A stretch of 64,000 nt of DNA from NCBI GenBank assembly GCA_001643675.2, contig LSRY02000036.1, forward strand, positions 248,001-312,000. The letters are read 5' to 3'. Position 1 is the stretch's first letter. Each line of letters opens with the position of its first letter. The translations under genes were made by a program, and so were the position numbers. Of this stretch, positions 35,866-49,209 are shown in pieces. The notes under the pieces were generated by a model that did no database searches, had not been told where the DNA came from, and worked only from the letters and a program-made list of their open reading frames with translations. Source of the stretch: Monocercomonoides exilis PA203 (taxonomy: Eukaryota; Protista; Preaxostyla).

Positions 35866-38800
35866 TCTCTTTCTCTTTCTCTTTCTCTCAGCGCTATCGT
35901 CTGAGCGAGGCCGAGCTGATGTCCATCAGCTTCCTCCTCAACACCACCATCCCTCATGCTGCTCAGCTGGAGTTCGTATCTGTCTCTTCTGCCATCTACA
36001 ACGTCATCTTCCAGAAGATGGTCTGCTGGCCTTCTGAATCTCTGTACATTGCTATTGATCTGATAAGATTGCTGTCTGTGACATCGGCGTTCTGCAAGAG
36101 GCTGGAGAAGGATGTGTGTTTATTTTTCTTTTCTTTTTTCTTTTTTCTTTTCTTTTTCATGAGGAAGTTCATTGATTATGATTATTATGAAAATAATTTT
36201 AATTCTTAGCTTTTTTTATTCATGTTTTTTTTTATTTCCCAAAATAAAACCCTCTTTTATTTATTTATTTATTTATTTTCCCATCCTTCTTTATACTTTT
36301 TTTTCCCTCCTCGCTCCACTCAGGACTCCTTTGCAAGGCGTGTGTTTCCTCTTCTTCTCCTCCGGTGTGTGGACAGCGAGTCTTCCACATTCAGAAATCG
36401 TGTTCTGTTTCTGCAGCTGTGCTGCAATCTGCTTGTTCAGCGCTCAACTTACTCATTCGTCTTCCAGAGACTCAGCGATGTATGTGCTGATATTCTATTG
36501 AATTTTATTTACTTATTTATTTTATTTTATTTTCTTTTCTTTTCTTTTCTTTTCTTTTATTTTATTTTATTTTATTTTATTTTATTTTATTTTATTTTAT
36601 TTTATTTTATTTTATTTTATTTTATTTTATTTTATTTTATTTTATTTTATTTTATTTTATTTTATTTTATTTTCTTTTATTTTATTTTATTTTATTTTAT
36701 TTTATTTTATTTTATTTTATTTTATTTTATTTTATTTTATTTTATTTTATTTTATTTTATTTTATTTTATTTTATTTTATTTTATTTTATTTTATTTTAT
36801 TTTATTTTATTTTATTTTATTTTATTTTATTTTATTTTATTTTATTTTATTTTATTTTATTTTATTTTCTTTTATTTTATTTTATTTTATTTTATTTTAT
36901 TTTATTTTATTTTATTTTATTTTATTTTATTTTATTTTATTTTATTTTATTTTATTTTATTTTATTTTATTTTATTTTATTTTATTTTATTTTATTTTAT
37001 TTTATTTTATTTTATTTTTATTTTATTTTCTTTTATTTTATTTTTATTTTATTTTATTTTATTTTATTTTATTTTATTTTATTTTATTTTATTTTATTTT
37101 ATTTTTATTTTATTTTATTTTATTTTATTTTATTTTATTTTATTTTATTTTATTTTATTTTATTTTATTTTATTTTATTTTATTTTATTTTATTTTATTT
37201 TATTTTATTTTATTTTATTTTATTTTATTTTATTTTATTTTATTTTATTTTATTTTATTTTATTTTATTTTATTTTATTTTATTTTATTTTATTTTATTT
37301 TATTTTATTTTCTTTTATTTTATTTTATTTTATTTTATTTTATTTTATTTTATTTTATTTTATTTTATTTTATTTTATTTTATTTTATTTTATTTTATTT
37401 TATTTTATTTTCTTTTATTTTATTTTATTTTATTTTATTTTATTTTATTTTATTTTATTTTATTTTATTTTATTTTATTTTATTTTTATTTTATTTTATT
37501 TTATTTTATTTTTATTTTATTTTATTTTATTTTATTTTATTTTATTTTATTTTATTTTATTTTATTTTATTTTATTTTATTTTATTTTATTTTATTTTAT
37601 TTTATTTTATTTTATTTTATTTTTATTTTATTTTATTTTTATTTTATTTTATTTTTATTTTATTTTATTTTCTTTTATTTTATTTTATTTTATTTTATTT
37701 TATTTTATTTTATTTTATTTTATTTTTATTTTATTTTATTTTATTTTATTTTATTTTATTTTATTTTATTTTATTTTATTTTATTTTATTTTATTTTATT
37801 TTATTTTATTTTATTTTATTTTATTTTATTTTATTTTATTTTATTTTATTTTATTTTATTTTATTTTATTTTATTTTATTTTATTTTATTTTATTTTATT
37901 TTATTTTATTTTATTTTATTTTATTTTATTTTCTTTTATTTTATTTTATTTTATTTTATTTTATTTTATTTTATTTTATTTTATTTTATTTTATTTTATT
38001 TTATTTTCTTTTATTTTATTTTATTTTCTTTTATTTTATTTTATTTTATTTTATTTTATTTTATTTTCTTTTATTTTATTTTATTTTATTATTTTTTATT
38101 TTATTTTATTTTATTTTATTTTATTTTATTTTATTTTATTTTATTTTATTTTATTTTATTTTATTTTTATTTTATTTTATTTTATTTTATTTTATTTTAT
38201 TTTATTTTATTTTATTTTATTTTATTTTATTTTATTTTATTTTATTTTATTTTATTTATTTATTCTCTCTTATTGTTGATAAATAATTACAAACTTCTCT
38301 AAATATCCAATATTTTTCCCTGATTTATATATAAATCTTAATTTCTAACTTTTTTTTTCAATGAACTTTGTTAACAATACCAATCAATTGCTCTTCAACA
38401 TCAGATAACAGGAGACTGCCTCACACAAGTTCATTCTGACAAACGCGTCCTCCGCCTTACCATTGCAACATTGATGTTCAAGTTTGCACTCTTTTCACTT
38501 TCTTTTCTTTTTTTTTTTAGAAGAAAATAATTTTTTATTCAATTAAATATGTTCAAATTTATTTGTTTGTTTATTTATTTATTTAACCTTTTATTGGTAT
38601 ATCACAATTCAGCATACAAGCAGCATCTATAATTTATGGAATGAAAATGGATGACAATCCAATTCTTATGGCCCAAATACTTTCAGAGGTTTGATTTTTG
38701 TTTTGTGCCCATCATCAATTGCTTTATTCTCTATTTTTATGAAATTAATAATTCAACTTTCGATTTATTTTCAATTATCTAATAAACAAGCTTATTGATA

Positions 38801-39059
38801 TTGAGACTGCTCTTGACTCAGATATTCTTGTTCGCTGCGTGCAATGCTTTATTTTAATGGTTTGTCGTTGTAAGTTATTATGTTTTTTTTCCATCTGTTG
38901 TTTTTCTTCTTTCTTTTCATTCAGTGTGATTCAAAAGAAATACAAAATCAAATAACTCAGTTAGTCGAATTTGGACCAATTATTCGAAGACTCATGACAT
39001 CTCCAAAAGATCTTGTTAAAAATGGAGCTATTGTTTTAGCATATGGCCTTACTCATTAA
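32115..39059 (+). CDS. PLAA: Phospholipase A2-activating protein / Doa1/Ufd3 (WD40 + PFU + PUL), about 17 exons
   Basis: MDYKLSYENEGAHESIVRAV start; WD repeats (GGYDKQAKLW, TGSWDSTIRRW, HTQPVRSV, SGGEDRML); linker LPGEEALNTPGTKDGEIKLV; PFU domain GKEYDIVFPIELDDG...LGFNEDDQTYQVAQEFLWKHNLSQNYL; PUL-like WPSESLYIAIDLIRLL; TAA at 39057-39059. Confidence 0.93.
33915..34054 (+). repeat. (TTTTC)n intronic microsatellite
   Basis: Visible array inside the PLAA intron that starts at 33861. Confidence 0.95.
35743..35889 (+). repeat. (TC)n/(TTTCTC)n intronic pyrimidine tract
   Basis: Visible array ending at a CAG acceptor of PLAA. Confidence 0.9.
36521..38254 (+). repeat. (TTTTA)n array of about 1.7 kb inside a PLAA intron (36480-38404)
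   Basis: Visible pentamer array with occasional TTTTC and TTTTTA variants. Donor GTATGT at 36480, acceptor TCAG at 38404. Confidence 0.98.
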
Positions 39060-39245
39060 TTAATTATTTTGAACATATTTTCGCATTTCATAAAACCTTG
39101 TGTTTTCATTTTTTGATCATTCAAGCCTTTATTTCATTTCGATTCTTACGAATTTAGAAAAATCGGTTTTGCGCACCTTTAAAAATGATAGTATTCTGAA
39201 CGTCAAATTCCTGCGAGCTTAATCTATTTTTCTATATCATTTTTG

Positions 39246-40095
39246 ATGATATTTCTATTTATCATCTCATTGCAACACCACATCATTGCATCTGAAGTGT
39301 GAATGTTATTTTGTTTATATGATTTAAGAAAAAGCAATTTTCACTCATCATTTTCATAATGAAAAATCATATTTAATGTCAACAAAAGCTGCCAAACATC
39401 AGTTTGGATTCAAAAAGTTGTTGTGATATTAATGACAAATTGTTGTGTGTAAGAAAGACTGGCTGCATATATTGTTCATACATCAAAATGGAAAATCAAA
39501 GTTTCACAAGAGGTTGCATTCCAGGCATGTTCATTATGTTTTTCCTTCAATAAATCTTTTGAAAAATAATTGTTTTATGTTTTTAACAGGTGATTTGATG
39601 GGCAGCCATTCTCCTGACCAATATTGTTCGTTAAAGCATGTATATTACCGTCAGATGTCAATGTCATCTTTTAACTTTCTTCTTCTTGTTTTGATACTCG
39701 TCTCTCTCGTCATAATATTGCTTTTCTTCTTTGGATGTGTAATTGGATCGTGCTGTTCGTGGAGAAAACACAAAAAAGAAGTTGCAAAACTTCAAAAATT
39801 GTTCACTCGAGATTTGCTTCTTAATCCTGAAAATATTCAATATGAAGAACATCAAGGCGAATATGGAACATTTTATTATCCAACTGTTGGCCCAGATGAA
39901 CAATCTTCAATTCAAGATGACATTTCTGAAATTCATTCTGTATTACCAAAATCAATAAGCACTGCCGATGCAACGAGCATGCTTTGTGCGGCCGAAACTT
40001 GCGAATATAAAATTAGTAAATCAAAAAGGAAGCATAAAGAAAAGAAAAATAAAAGAAGGGAACATAAAAAAGCAGCTTATGAAATACCGTCTTGA
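39246..40095 (+). CDS. Small type-I membrane protein with a Cys-rich PSI-like ectodomain (PTTG1IP-like); exons 39246-39296, 39389-39524, 39590-40095
   Basis: Signal peptide MIFLFIISLQHHIIASE; CCDINDKLLCVRKTGCIYC...GCIPGDLMG...CSLKHVYYRQ; TM helix followed by GCVIGSCCSWRKHKK, the architecture of the PTTG1IP family. Confidence 0.72.
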
Positions 40096-40218
40096 AATAA
40101 TATTTTCTTATCTGTGACTTTTTTTAAAAAACTATTCATTTCATTTTGATCTATCCTAAACTTTTATATTTTCTGTTAACTTTTTTATTTTGTTTATTGT
40201 TTTTCAGTTGAAATATTG

Positions 40219-43200
40219 ATGAGTGGACAAGATGAACTTGACTATTCTTTTATTGGTAAAACTGGGAAAACTGTTGAGCAAGTAAGTCAACTGAGAGCGT
40301 CTGGACAAGGAAGATTCGGTTTTTTTTAAGTTTTTAATAATTTGGTTAAATTTATGACTTTTTAATTGATATAAATTATGACATAAATGCAGGAAGAACC
40401 CTTCCGCCAAGTCCATCATTATCATATCCTACTGCAACCTCTACTAAAGGTAAAAATTCCAAATTAAATAAACATCCAAAAAAGGTAGTTAAAACTTATT
40501 GTACGATTTTCCCGCAAATTTTCATGATTCTCTTTTTTTGTAGGAATCATTGGATCAAACTGCAGAACCAAAAAAGCTCACATTCACAAAATCTCAGCTT
40601 GCATATTTCGCTGGCAACAAACTTGCCAAAGAACTTTATCATCATGGTTCAAATCGAGCTTCATCACCGGCAAAGCAAATACCTTCTTCGCCTCAAAACG
40701 TACCAGCATTTTTAACTCCTCAACCTACACGAATTACAACATCATCTTTATCGCCTGCACCTCAACATACGCCTTTCGCAGATAGTCGTCCATCTTGGTC
40801 TTCATCAACAAACCCAATGTCAACTCAGTATTCCAAATCAATACGTTCAGAGTTTATCCAAAGTCATCCGGGGATGGCAAGATCAGTTCCTTCGCCTTCT
40901 CCTATTTCAACGCCATTTACTCAATTTCAGGATACAACGATGATTCAATCACCACTGTCATCTCCGGCTGCTTCCATGCTATCAGCGTCTCTGACCAGAA
41001 AATCTGCAAAAGCCAAAGGAAGTGCAGAATCCAACAGCGACACCATGAAAGCGAACGCGGATGCTGATTGGAGCAACATTCATCAGAATCAAGTTGGTGC
41101 GCCAGCCACAACAGCGATGGTGCATGCGCTCGAAGCATCTGACCCGGAGCGCATTGTCTCATACGGCACTCGCCTGCAGCGTGTGGAAAGGCTGCTGCAG
41201 GCGCTGTCGGAGCGGAACGTGAAGTACAACGAGACCAAAAGGCAGGTCGCCATCAGAGGCACCGCCGAGCGTCTGGGGCAGCTGGAGCGGCTGTTTATGA
41301 GTGAGAAGCAGCTGACTGAGTTCCAAGCAGCCACGAAAATTCAGCTGGCGTGGCGCTCGCGCACACTCCGGCAGAACTACGGGGAGGCAATGCGGGCAGT
41401 GGACCGGTGGCGGAAGAGGGAGCTGCGAGATTTCGAGACGGTGATTACAGTGTGGGCGAAGGAAAGAGCGCTCTATTTTGCAGATGTGAAGGACTATCAG
41501 GACCGATCACTGAGAAGAAGCGCGGCAGCGATGCTGCGGCAGTGGCGTGTGTATGTGGAGAAGAAGAAGAGCGATGCGACGAACCACACCGAAAAGAAGC
41601 GCATTCTGACGAAGAAGCACCAGGCGCTGCTGGTGAAGATGTGCTTTCGTGAGTGGAAGCAGATCTCCTTCGGCGAGTTTTCGATGCGGCGAGTGAGAGA
41701 GCAGCGCCGGCAGAAGATGGCCGCAGCGCGGACGCGGCTGATGGAGGCAGAGATTGAGAAGGGAAACATATCCGCGATGGGGTTCATCACCGAAGCGATG
41801 GTGAAGAAGGAGGTGCTGCGAGAGATGGCAGTGGAGTGTGCCGCAGCGTATGATCACAGACTGGTGAAGAAGACGTTTGCGCGCTGGCTGGAGTACCTGT
41901 CGATGCGCCGCAGTGCGAAGGAGCTGGCGGAGAAAGCAGAGAGGCGGTATGCCTCGTGGGCGATGATGGTGTACTTCCACCGCTTCCGCACGATTGTGCA
42001 GGAGGCGAAGGCGAAGGACTTGAGGCGCTTTGGCATCCGGAAGAACGCGCGGGTGGCGCAGTACAGGCGACACCTGGCGGAGGAGAAGCGAATTTTCCTG
42101 CTGTGGCGGGAGTATGCGCACCCGCGGCAGCAGGTGCAGAAGATGAAGGCGCAGAAAGAGGCAGCGCTTGTGCAGAGGGTGTGGAAGGCACTGCGGGTGC
42201 AGGTGAAGCACCAGCATGCGATCAGAGAGAAGGCTGTGGAGGCGTGGCTGGAGACAACGAATGCGCTGCCGTCGCTGTACTTCCGGCGCTGGCAGCGGTT
42301 TGTGTTCATCCGCTTTGCCGAGAGGAGGACAACGGAGATTTGCAGTGAGTTTCTGAAGCGGAGGAACGAGGCGATGCGGCTGCGGGTGGCGTTTGGGAGG
42401 TGGAGGGTGATGACGAAGGAGACGAAGGACGCGAGAGAGAAGAAGTACAGAGAGTTTGAGCTGTTCCGGCAGTCGATGATCAACGCAGCATCGCATTCAA
42501 CGAAGGAGAAAGGAGGTGTGGAAGGAGGAGGAGGAGGAGGAGGGAAAGAGGAAGGAATGAGTCTATCGCAGGAGGCGTCGGCGTTTATGAGCGGGTCGAA
42601 GATTGGGGCCGGGGCAAGTGCCGCGCTTGTGCCGACGGATTTGGTGGATGCGCACGATGCGATTGTGGCTGACATGTCGAATGCGCTCAAGATAGCACAG
42701 TCAGCCATCATCAAAAGAGAACAGGAGCTTGTAAAGAAAGAAGAGGAGATTGGAGAGTTAAAGATGATGATATTCACCACGCAGCAGGAGGCGAAGAAGA
42801 ACAAGAGACTTCTGGATGTGCTGATCAAAGCAGCGACGACGCACGACCCGCTCAAGTCAGCCACCAGCCGCGGGTCGAATGCCTCCACTGCTCGAACAAG
42901 CCCTCAATCTCCGACTTCTCGCGCATCACACGCCTCTCATTACTCCAGCAACACTCCGTTGTCCCCCTTTACCCGCACCCCTTCTGGCGCTACACCTTCT
43001 GCCTCGCTTGTGTCTGTGTCTACGCCATCTTCTCCTGGCTCGTATGTGCCGATGTACTGGCAGGGGGAGAGGGGAGAAAGAGGAGAAAGAGGAGAGAAAG
43101 GGAAGCAGCCACGGAGAAACTCGATAACTGGGCCGGAACGAGGCTCGAAGCGGAATTCTCCGTTGGTTTCTGGGCAAACGGGGCAGCAGATGAAGCGGGT

Positions 43201-46200
43201 GACGCTGGTGAAGAGAAAACAAGAGGGAGGAGAAAGAGGAGGTGGAGAAAGAGGAGGAGAAAGAGGAAGAGGAGGAGGAGGTCCAAAATTACAAGGGAAT
43301 GGAATGAATGGAGCGGTTTCTTCTTTGTCGCAGTCTTCTTCACAGGCAACTGAGCTTGGGAGGCAGAATGAAGGGATGGGAGAAGGAGAAGAAATGGATG
43401 GGACACAAAATGGGGATATGAATGAGAAAGAAGGAGGAGAAAGAGAAGGAGGAGAAGGAGAAGGAGAAGAAGGGCAAAACGTATCTGCAATTGAAAGATC
43501 ATTGTATCTTGGAGAAAGAGAAGGAGAAAGAGAAAGAGAAAAAGCAGAGGAAGAAACAGGGTTGTCATTGGAAGCACAGAATGTGCTGATGAGTGTGGAG
43601 CAGCTGGTTCCATTGAAGTTGGGGAAAGAGCTGAGGCAGCAACAGGAAAGACTTCAGAGGCAGAAAGAAGAAGCAGAAGAAGAAGGAAGAAGAATGAGAA
43701 GGGAGATGGAGATTCAAAGAGAGGAAGAAAGAAGGCAGAGGGAGAAGATTGAAGAGTTGATGAATGCGAAGGAGGAACTCGAAAAACAGACAAGCTTGCT
43801 AAAAACAATGGGAACAGAGCAAAATGGGAGGAAAGAAGATGAAAGCTGTAAAAATGATACGGGAAAGGATGGAGATAAACAAAGAAATGGAGAAAAAGGA
43901 GAGAATAAGAAGGAATTTGAAGTGGATCAGCGAATGAACGATATTATCAACCAGAAAATTGAAGAAGCGCACAAAATTTGGGAAGAAACAGCAGAAAAAA
44001 CGCGAACAGAAATTGAAAGAGAAAAGATGAAGCTTCGAAGGAAAGTGGAGGAACAAGAGAAAGAACTGGAGGAGGCAAAGAAGAGATTCAATGAAGAGTT
44101 TGAGAGGGCATCAGAAGTGGTGAAGAAGAAGAGCAAAGAGGCAGAGTGTTTGAAGGAGGAGGTGGAGAAGCTGAAGGGAGAAGTGGAAGAGAAAGAGAAG
44201 AAGGAGAAAACGAATAAAATAGAGGGAAAAGAAGGAAAAGAAGGAAAAGAGAAGAATGATGCAATTTCAATGGAAGATGGTAGAATAAAAGAGCAAAGTG
44301 ATTTTTCTGTTCAGAACACAACAAGATCACAAGCAATGAGTGGGAGGCAGACGCAACAAGAAGGAGGAATGGTGAAATCTCCATCGATTGCGGATTCTTA
44401 TCAGAAACTGCCTGATTCTTCATTATATTCAACTTCTTCTTCTTCTTCAGTTTCTTCTTCTTCCTCCTCCTCCTCTCTTTCTTCTTCTTCTCCAATGAAT
44501 CCTTCAGTCTACACCTCTACTTCTTCTCTTCCATCTCTGCATAACTCATCATCATCACCTTCTTCTTATTCTTCTACACAAGAAACACATTCATCTGTTT
44601 CTCTATCGATGTCTAAGCCAATGGTTCTATTCAGCCATGCATCACATACAACTTCATCATCATCATCATCATCTTCTTCTTCTTCTTCTTCTTCTGCAAA
44701 GAAAGGGAAAACAGCATCAGCAGCATCAGCAGCAGAGGAAGAAGAGGACGAGAAGAAGAAGAAGCAGCAGGCGAAGAAGAAGAAGAAAGAGGAGAACATG
44801 AAGAAGAGCAAAGAGGATGAAGAAAGCATTCGGAAGAAGACAGAAATGGAGCTGAAGAAAGAGAAAGAGCTGGCGAAGGAAAGAGAAGAAAAGCTGAAAA
44901 AAGAACTGGAGAAGGAGAAAGAGAGGGAGAAAGAGTGGCTGAGGCAGAAGGAAATTGAGAAGCAAAAGGCTCTGCTGAGAGAGAGGGAGAAACAAGAGAA
45001 GGCGATGGAAGAGGCGCAGAAGATGAGAGAGGAAGAAGTGGCGATGCTGAAGTGGAAGATGCAGTGTGCGCTGAGTGAGCTGATTGTGGCGTATGATCCG
45101 TTCAGCCCCGCCGCGGGGGAAGAGGCAGAAAGGCAAAAGACGAGGGAGAGGCAGAGGAAGAAGGCGATTGAGCGGCAGAAGAAGATGAAGCTCAGCCACA
45201 AGGCAAGAGTGTCACAGGCAATGCTGATTGAGGTGCCAACGTCGCCGGCGCAGGCTAAGACGATGTTTGGCAAGGAGGCGATGGGGCAGGCAATGCAGGC
45301 GATGCTGGCGAGGATGGCAGAGGAGGACGAGAAGAGGGCGGGGCTGGGAGAAGAAGAAGGGGGAAGAGAAGGAGAAGGGAAGGAGAAGGAGAAGAAGGAA
45401 GAGGAGAAGGAAATAAAGAATACGGATAAATTGAACATATTAAATAGAAATGAAAATGAAAACAAAGAAAGCCCCAAAAGAGAAGAAATTGCAACTGATG
45501 AAGCAAACAAATCCATTGCTGAAGACGAATCTGTTCCAGATGAGAATGACCCCTCTCGTCCACTCACATCTCCTCTTCCATTTCCTCGCTCACCAACCAG
45601 CCAGCAGAGCAAACTCATTGAAGATGTTAAAAAGCCCTCTGCTCCAATGACATTGACGAATAATATTTCAAATGCTTCAGGTTCTTCCAATGCACAAAGC
45701 TCAGCAGCTATTTTGCTCCATCCAACCATCACCCTTCCTCTTTCGAATGACAATCCATTTCTGGAGATGGTGGTGGCATCGCTGCATCCTTCTTCTTCTT
45801 CTTCTTCCTTTTTTGGTTCTTCCTCCTCTTCTGTTTCTGTACCTTCTTCTTCATTTTCTCCTTCTCCTCTTGATTCTGTAGTGATTTCGTCTCTTCCTCC
45901 CACACCTTCCGTCTTCGCCACATCCCCTTCTTCTTCCTTCTCCTATTCTTCTCCTTCTTCCTCTTCTCCTTTATCTTCCTCTTCTTCCTCTTCCTCCTCC
46001 TCTTCTTCCTCTTCTTCCTCTTCTTCTTCCTTCTCCTCCCAATCTCTTTCTGAACTCCCCTCCATCACCTCCCTCTTTAACACCTCAGTCACCCTCTCTT
46101 TATTCACAGCTGAGCTCTGCAAGACCATCCACGCGCTCAGAACTGAACTGGCTCACCAAACAGAAAGCAACCAGCTTCTGCAAGCGACTGTGAGCCAGCA

Positions 46201-48682
46201 AAAGAAAGAATTTGACCGAGAAATCGAAGAAAGGGAGAAGAGGACGAAGTTCTTTGACGAGCAGATGAAGATGGCATACGGGGCAGATTACACAGAGCCG
46301 GCGGTGGTGGTGTATGAGAAGCGGCAGCAGACAGCAAGCAGAAATCAAAGCAGAACACAAAGTAGAAGTCGAAGTCGAAGCAGAAGCAGAAGTTTGAGTG
46401 TTAGTCAGTCGTATAGCCGTTCACAGAGCAGAAGTGTGACTCCGAATGTGCAGCAGTCTCCGATGTCACGTGGAAGAACCCCGCAAAGAAGAGAGGGAGA
46501 AAGAGGAGAAGGAGAAAGAGAAAGAACAGAAAACAACCGAAACTATTCGAACATACACAGTTTGGATTCATCTGCCGATGTGTTTGCGCAGATGGATGCG
46601 CTTTCATTCAACACGACGCCTCCTTCCACTCCCATCTTGCCTCATCCTTCACAGCCACTCTCCTCCTCTTCTGGAAGAGCAAGAAGCAACAGCTTGTCTC
46701 AGCAGCTGCGGTCGTTTGCTGAGCTGCCCACAGAAATACACTCGCTTTCTGCTTCTTCTTCTTCTTCCTCTTCTTCTTCTTCACAGGAAATGTTGAGTGC
46801 TGGTTGTTTATCTTCACATTCACACAGAAGAAGAAGCTCAGTTTCATCTGTGCTGCAGATGGAGCAGATGATTCAGGGAGGGAATTCTTCTTCTTCTTCT
46901 TCTACTTCTTCTTCTTCTCCTTATTCTTCTGCTGTCTCATCTTCGTATTCATCACCACGCACAATGGTCTCATTATCCAGCAATAATTCTGTGAGAAGTT
47001 TGCATTCACTAACACAGGAAACAGCATTGCCTTCATCATCATCTTCTTCTTCCTCTTCCTCTTCCTCTTCTTCTTCTTCTTCTTCTTTTATTCCATCCTC
47101 ATCTTCTCTGTCATCATTGCATTCACTTCGTTCATCAACACATTCGCCCACACTTCACACACTTCACACAATCCCTTCTTCTGTTCCTTCTTCTTATTCT
47201 TCAACAGCAAACTTACAGACTTCTTTGATTTCTTCTTCTTCTTCCTCTTCTTCCTCTTCTTCTTCCACATCATCATTAGAACCTTCATCTCACCATCTCC
47301 CCCACAACCCTTCCTCTTCCTCTGTCACCTTCACCCTCACTCCTTCCTCTTCCTCCCTCAGCATCACCCCAAGCACTTCCCAACGACGAGGTGTAGCTGC
47401 CTTCACTTCCTCTTTCCTTCAATCAACTTCTCAACCTTCTTCTCAGTCTTCTTCTCATTCCTCTTCTCATTCCTCTTCGCAAAATACACCTCAAAATCCT
47501 TCTCTTCGTTTGTCTTCGGTTGGAGTTGTGGTGCAGCCACAAAGAATTGTCTCGTCGCCTCAGCCGATTCTGGTGCATTCGAAGTCGCCTCAGACGAATG
47601 TGAGGGGAAGAGCAATGGCTGGAGGAGGTGGTGGGAAAGGAATATCATCATCGTCATCATCATCATCTTCTTCTTCTTCTTCCAATTCTTCCTCTTCCTC
47701 GTCAACTTCTTCTTCAATTGACCCCTCAGCCATTGCAGAGGCGCGTGCTGCTGCTCAGCTGAAGCGTCTGCAGCCGCAGCATCTGACCACTCAGAACACA
47801 CTCACCCCTTCTTTTGACACTCTCTTTTCAGGCAATGACGGTCAACAGCAACTTCAACAACAACAACGACAACAACAGAAAGGAAAAGGAATATTACAAT
47901 CAAATACAAATGATGGATCAAAAGCAACTTCTTCTTCTTCTTCTTCTCATTCACAAAACCACTCCTCCTCTTCTTCTTCTTCTTCCTCCCTCTCTTCTCC
48001 TTCTTCTTCTTCTTCTTCTTCTTCTTCTTCTCATCAATCTCTCCTTCCTGCTCTTCTCGACACCCCTCTTTCTGTCTCCCGGCAGAGCGGCTCATACTCA
48101 TTTGAAGCACAACTCAAGAAAAACAGCGACGCCCGCCTTGATAACCCTCTAAGACACAGCATTTCCACCTCTTCCCGGCCACGTTTTGCTTCTTCTGACG
48201 ATTATCCGACTGGATTTGTTGCGTATTCTAGCACAATGGCACAAAGGGGATATAATTCTGCGCAGGGAGCTGGTGCGAAGGTTCGATCTCCGAGCCCGTC
48301 GGCTCTTTCAGCGACGACGTCTGTGTTTGAAACAAGAAGCAAGAACAGCACATGGAAGCAAGAAATGGATGGAAGAAAAGGAGGGGGAAGCAGTAGAAGT
48401 CAAAGCAGTATGAGTCAAATACCCAATGGAGGAGCAGCCAGGAGGTTGCTGGATGTGGCCGAGTCTGCATCGACAAGGCTGATGCAGATGGGGGCAGAGC
48501 CTCATTTGTCTTCTGCTCAGATCGACCCGTCTATGCTGGAGGGGCCTGTGGACATGGCTAATTCAGCGTGGCTGAGGAGGCCGGAGTCTGCCTCTTCGCA
48601 GCACTCGAATGGATCGTATTCGAAGTGGGTGATGAATAACAGCACAGTGATGGCGGAGGGAGTGAATGTGCAGACGACTTGA
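40219..48682 (+). CDS. Giant (about 2.8 kaa) IQ-motif + Sfi1-like repeat coiled-coil protein, probably centrin-binding
   Basis: 8.1-kb terminal ORF; IQ motif AATKIQLAWRSRTLRQ; repeats MLRQWRVY, MCFREWKQ, KTFARWLEY, IFLLWREY, LYFRRWQRF, VAFGRWRVM. Two short 5' exons splice in frame to 40544. Confidence 0.85.
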
Positions 48683-49209
48683 AAAGGATGTGGAAGGTGA
48701 AAGAGTTAGAGATTCTTTGTTGGGGTTTCTTTTCTTTTCTTTTTCTTTTTTGAAACAATGAAATTGAATGTCAAAACTAATGATGAAGAGTTGAAGAAAG
48801 ATGCTTGTGCTCTTCTGTTTAATGTGAGACTGCTTCAAAAGAAAAGAAAAGAAAAGAAAAGAAAATAGCCAGAAATAATATGTAACATGCTGTGTTTATG
48901 CATTTTTTGTTTCATTTTGTTTTGCTTCGTATTTTTAAAAAGTGTTTTGTTAAAAAGAAAAATAGCAACAAATCCAATTTTTCAAAATTGGGAATAAATA
49001 TTTTGTTTTATATGTTCACTTCTCCATCTCATTTGCTTTCTTTTCTTTTCTTTTTTTTTACAAGATAACAAAAGATTCTCCAATGTGTAAGCAGATTTTT
49101 GCATCAGCTCATTTTTCATTGAGTTCGTTCTATCTTCTTCTTTTCTTCTTCCATTTATCTTCTTTTTTATTTCTTCTTTCTTCTTTCTTCTTTCCCTTTC
49201 TTCATCCAC

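Noticed and set aside
36222-38279. 685-aa FILFY ORF
   Set aside because: Artefact of the stop-free (TTTTA)n intron. Only about 36324-36479 is a real PLAA exon.
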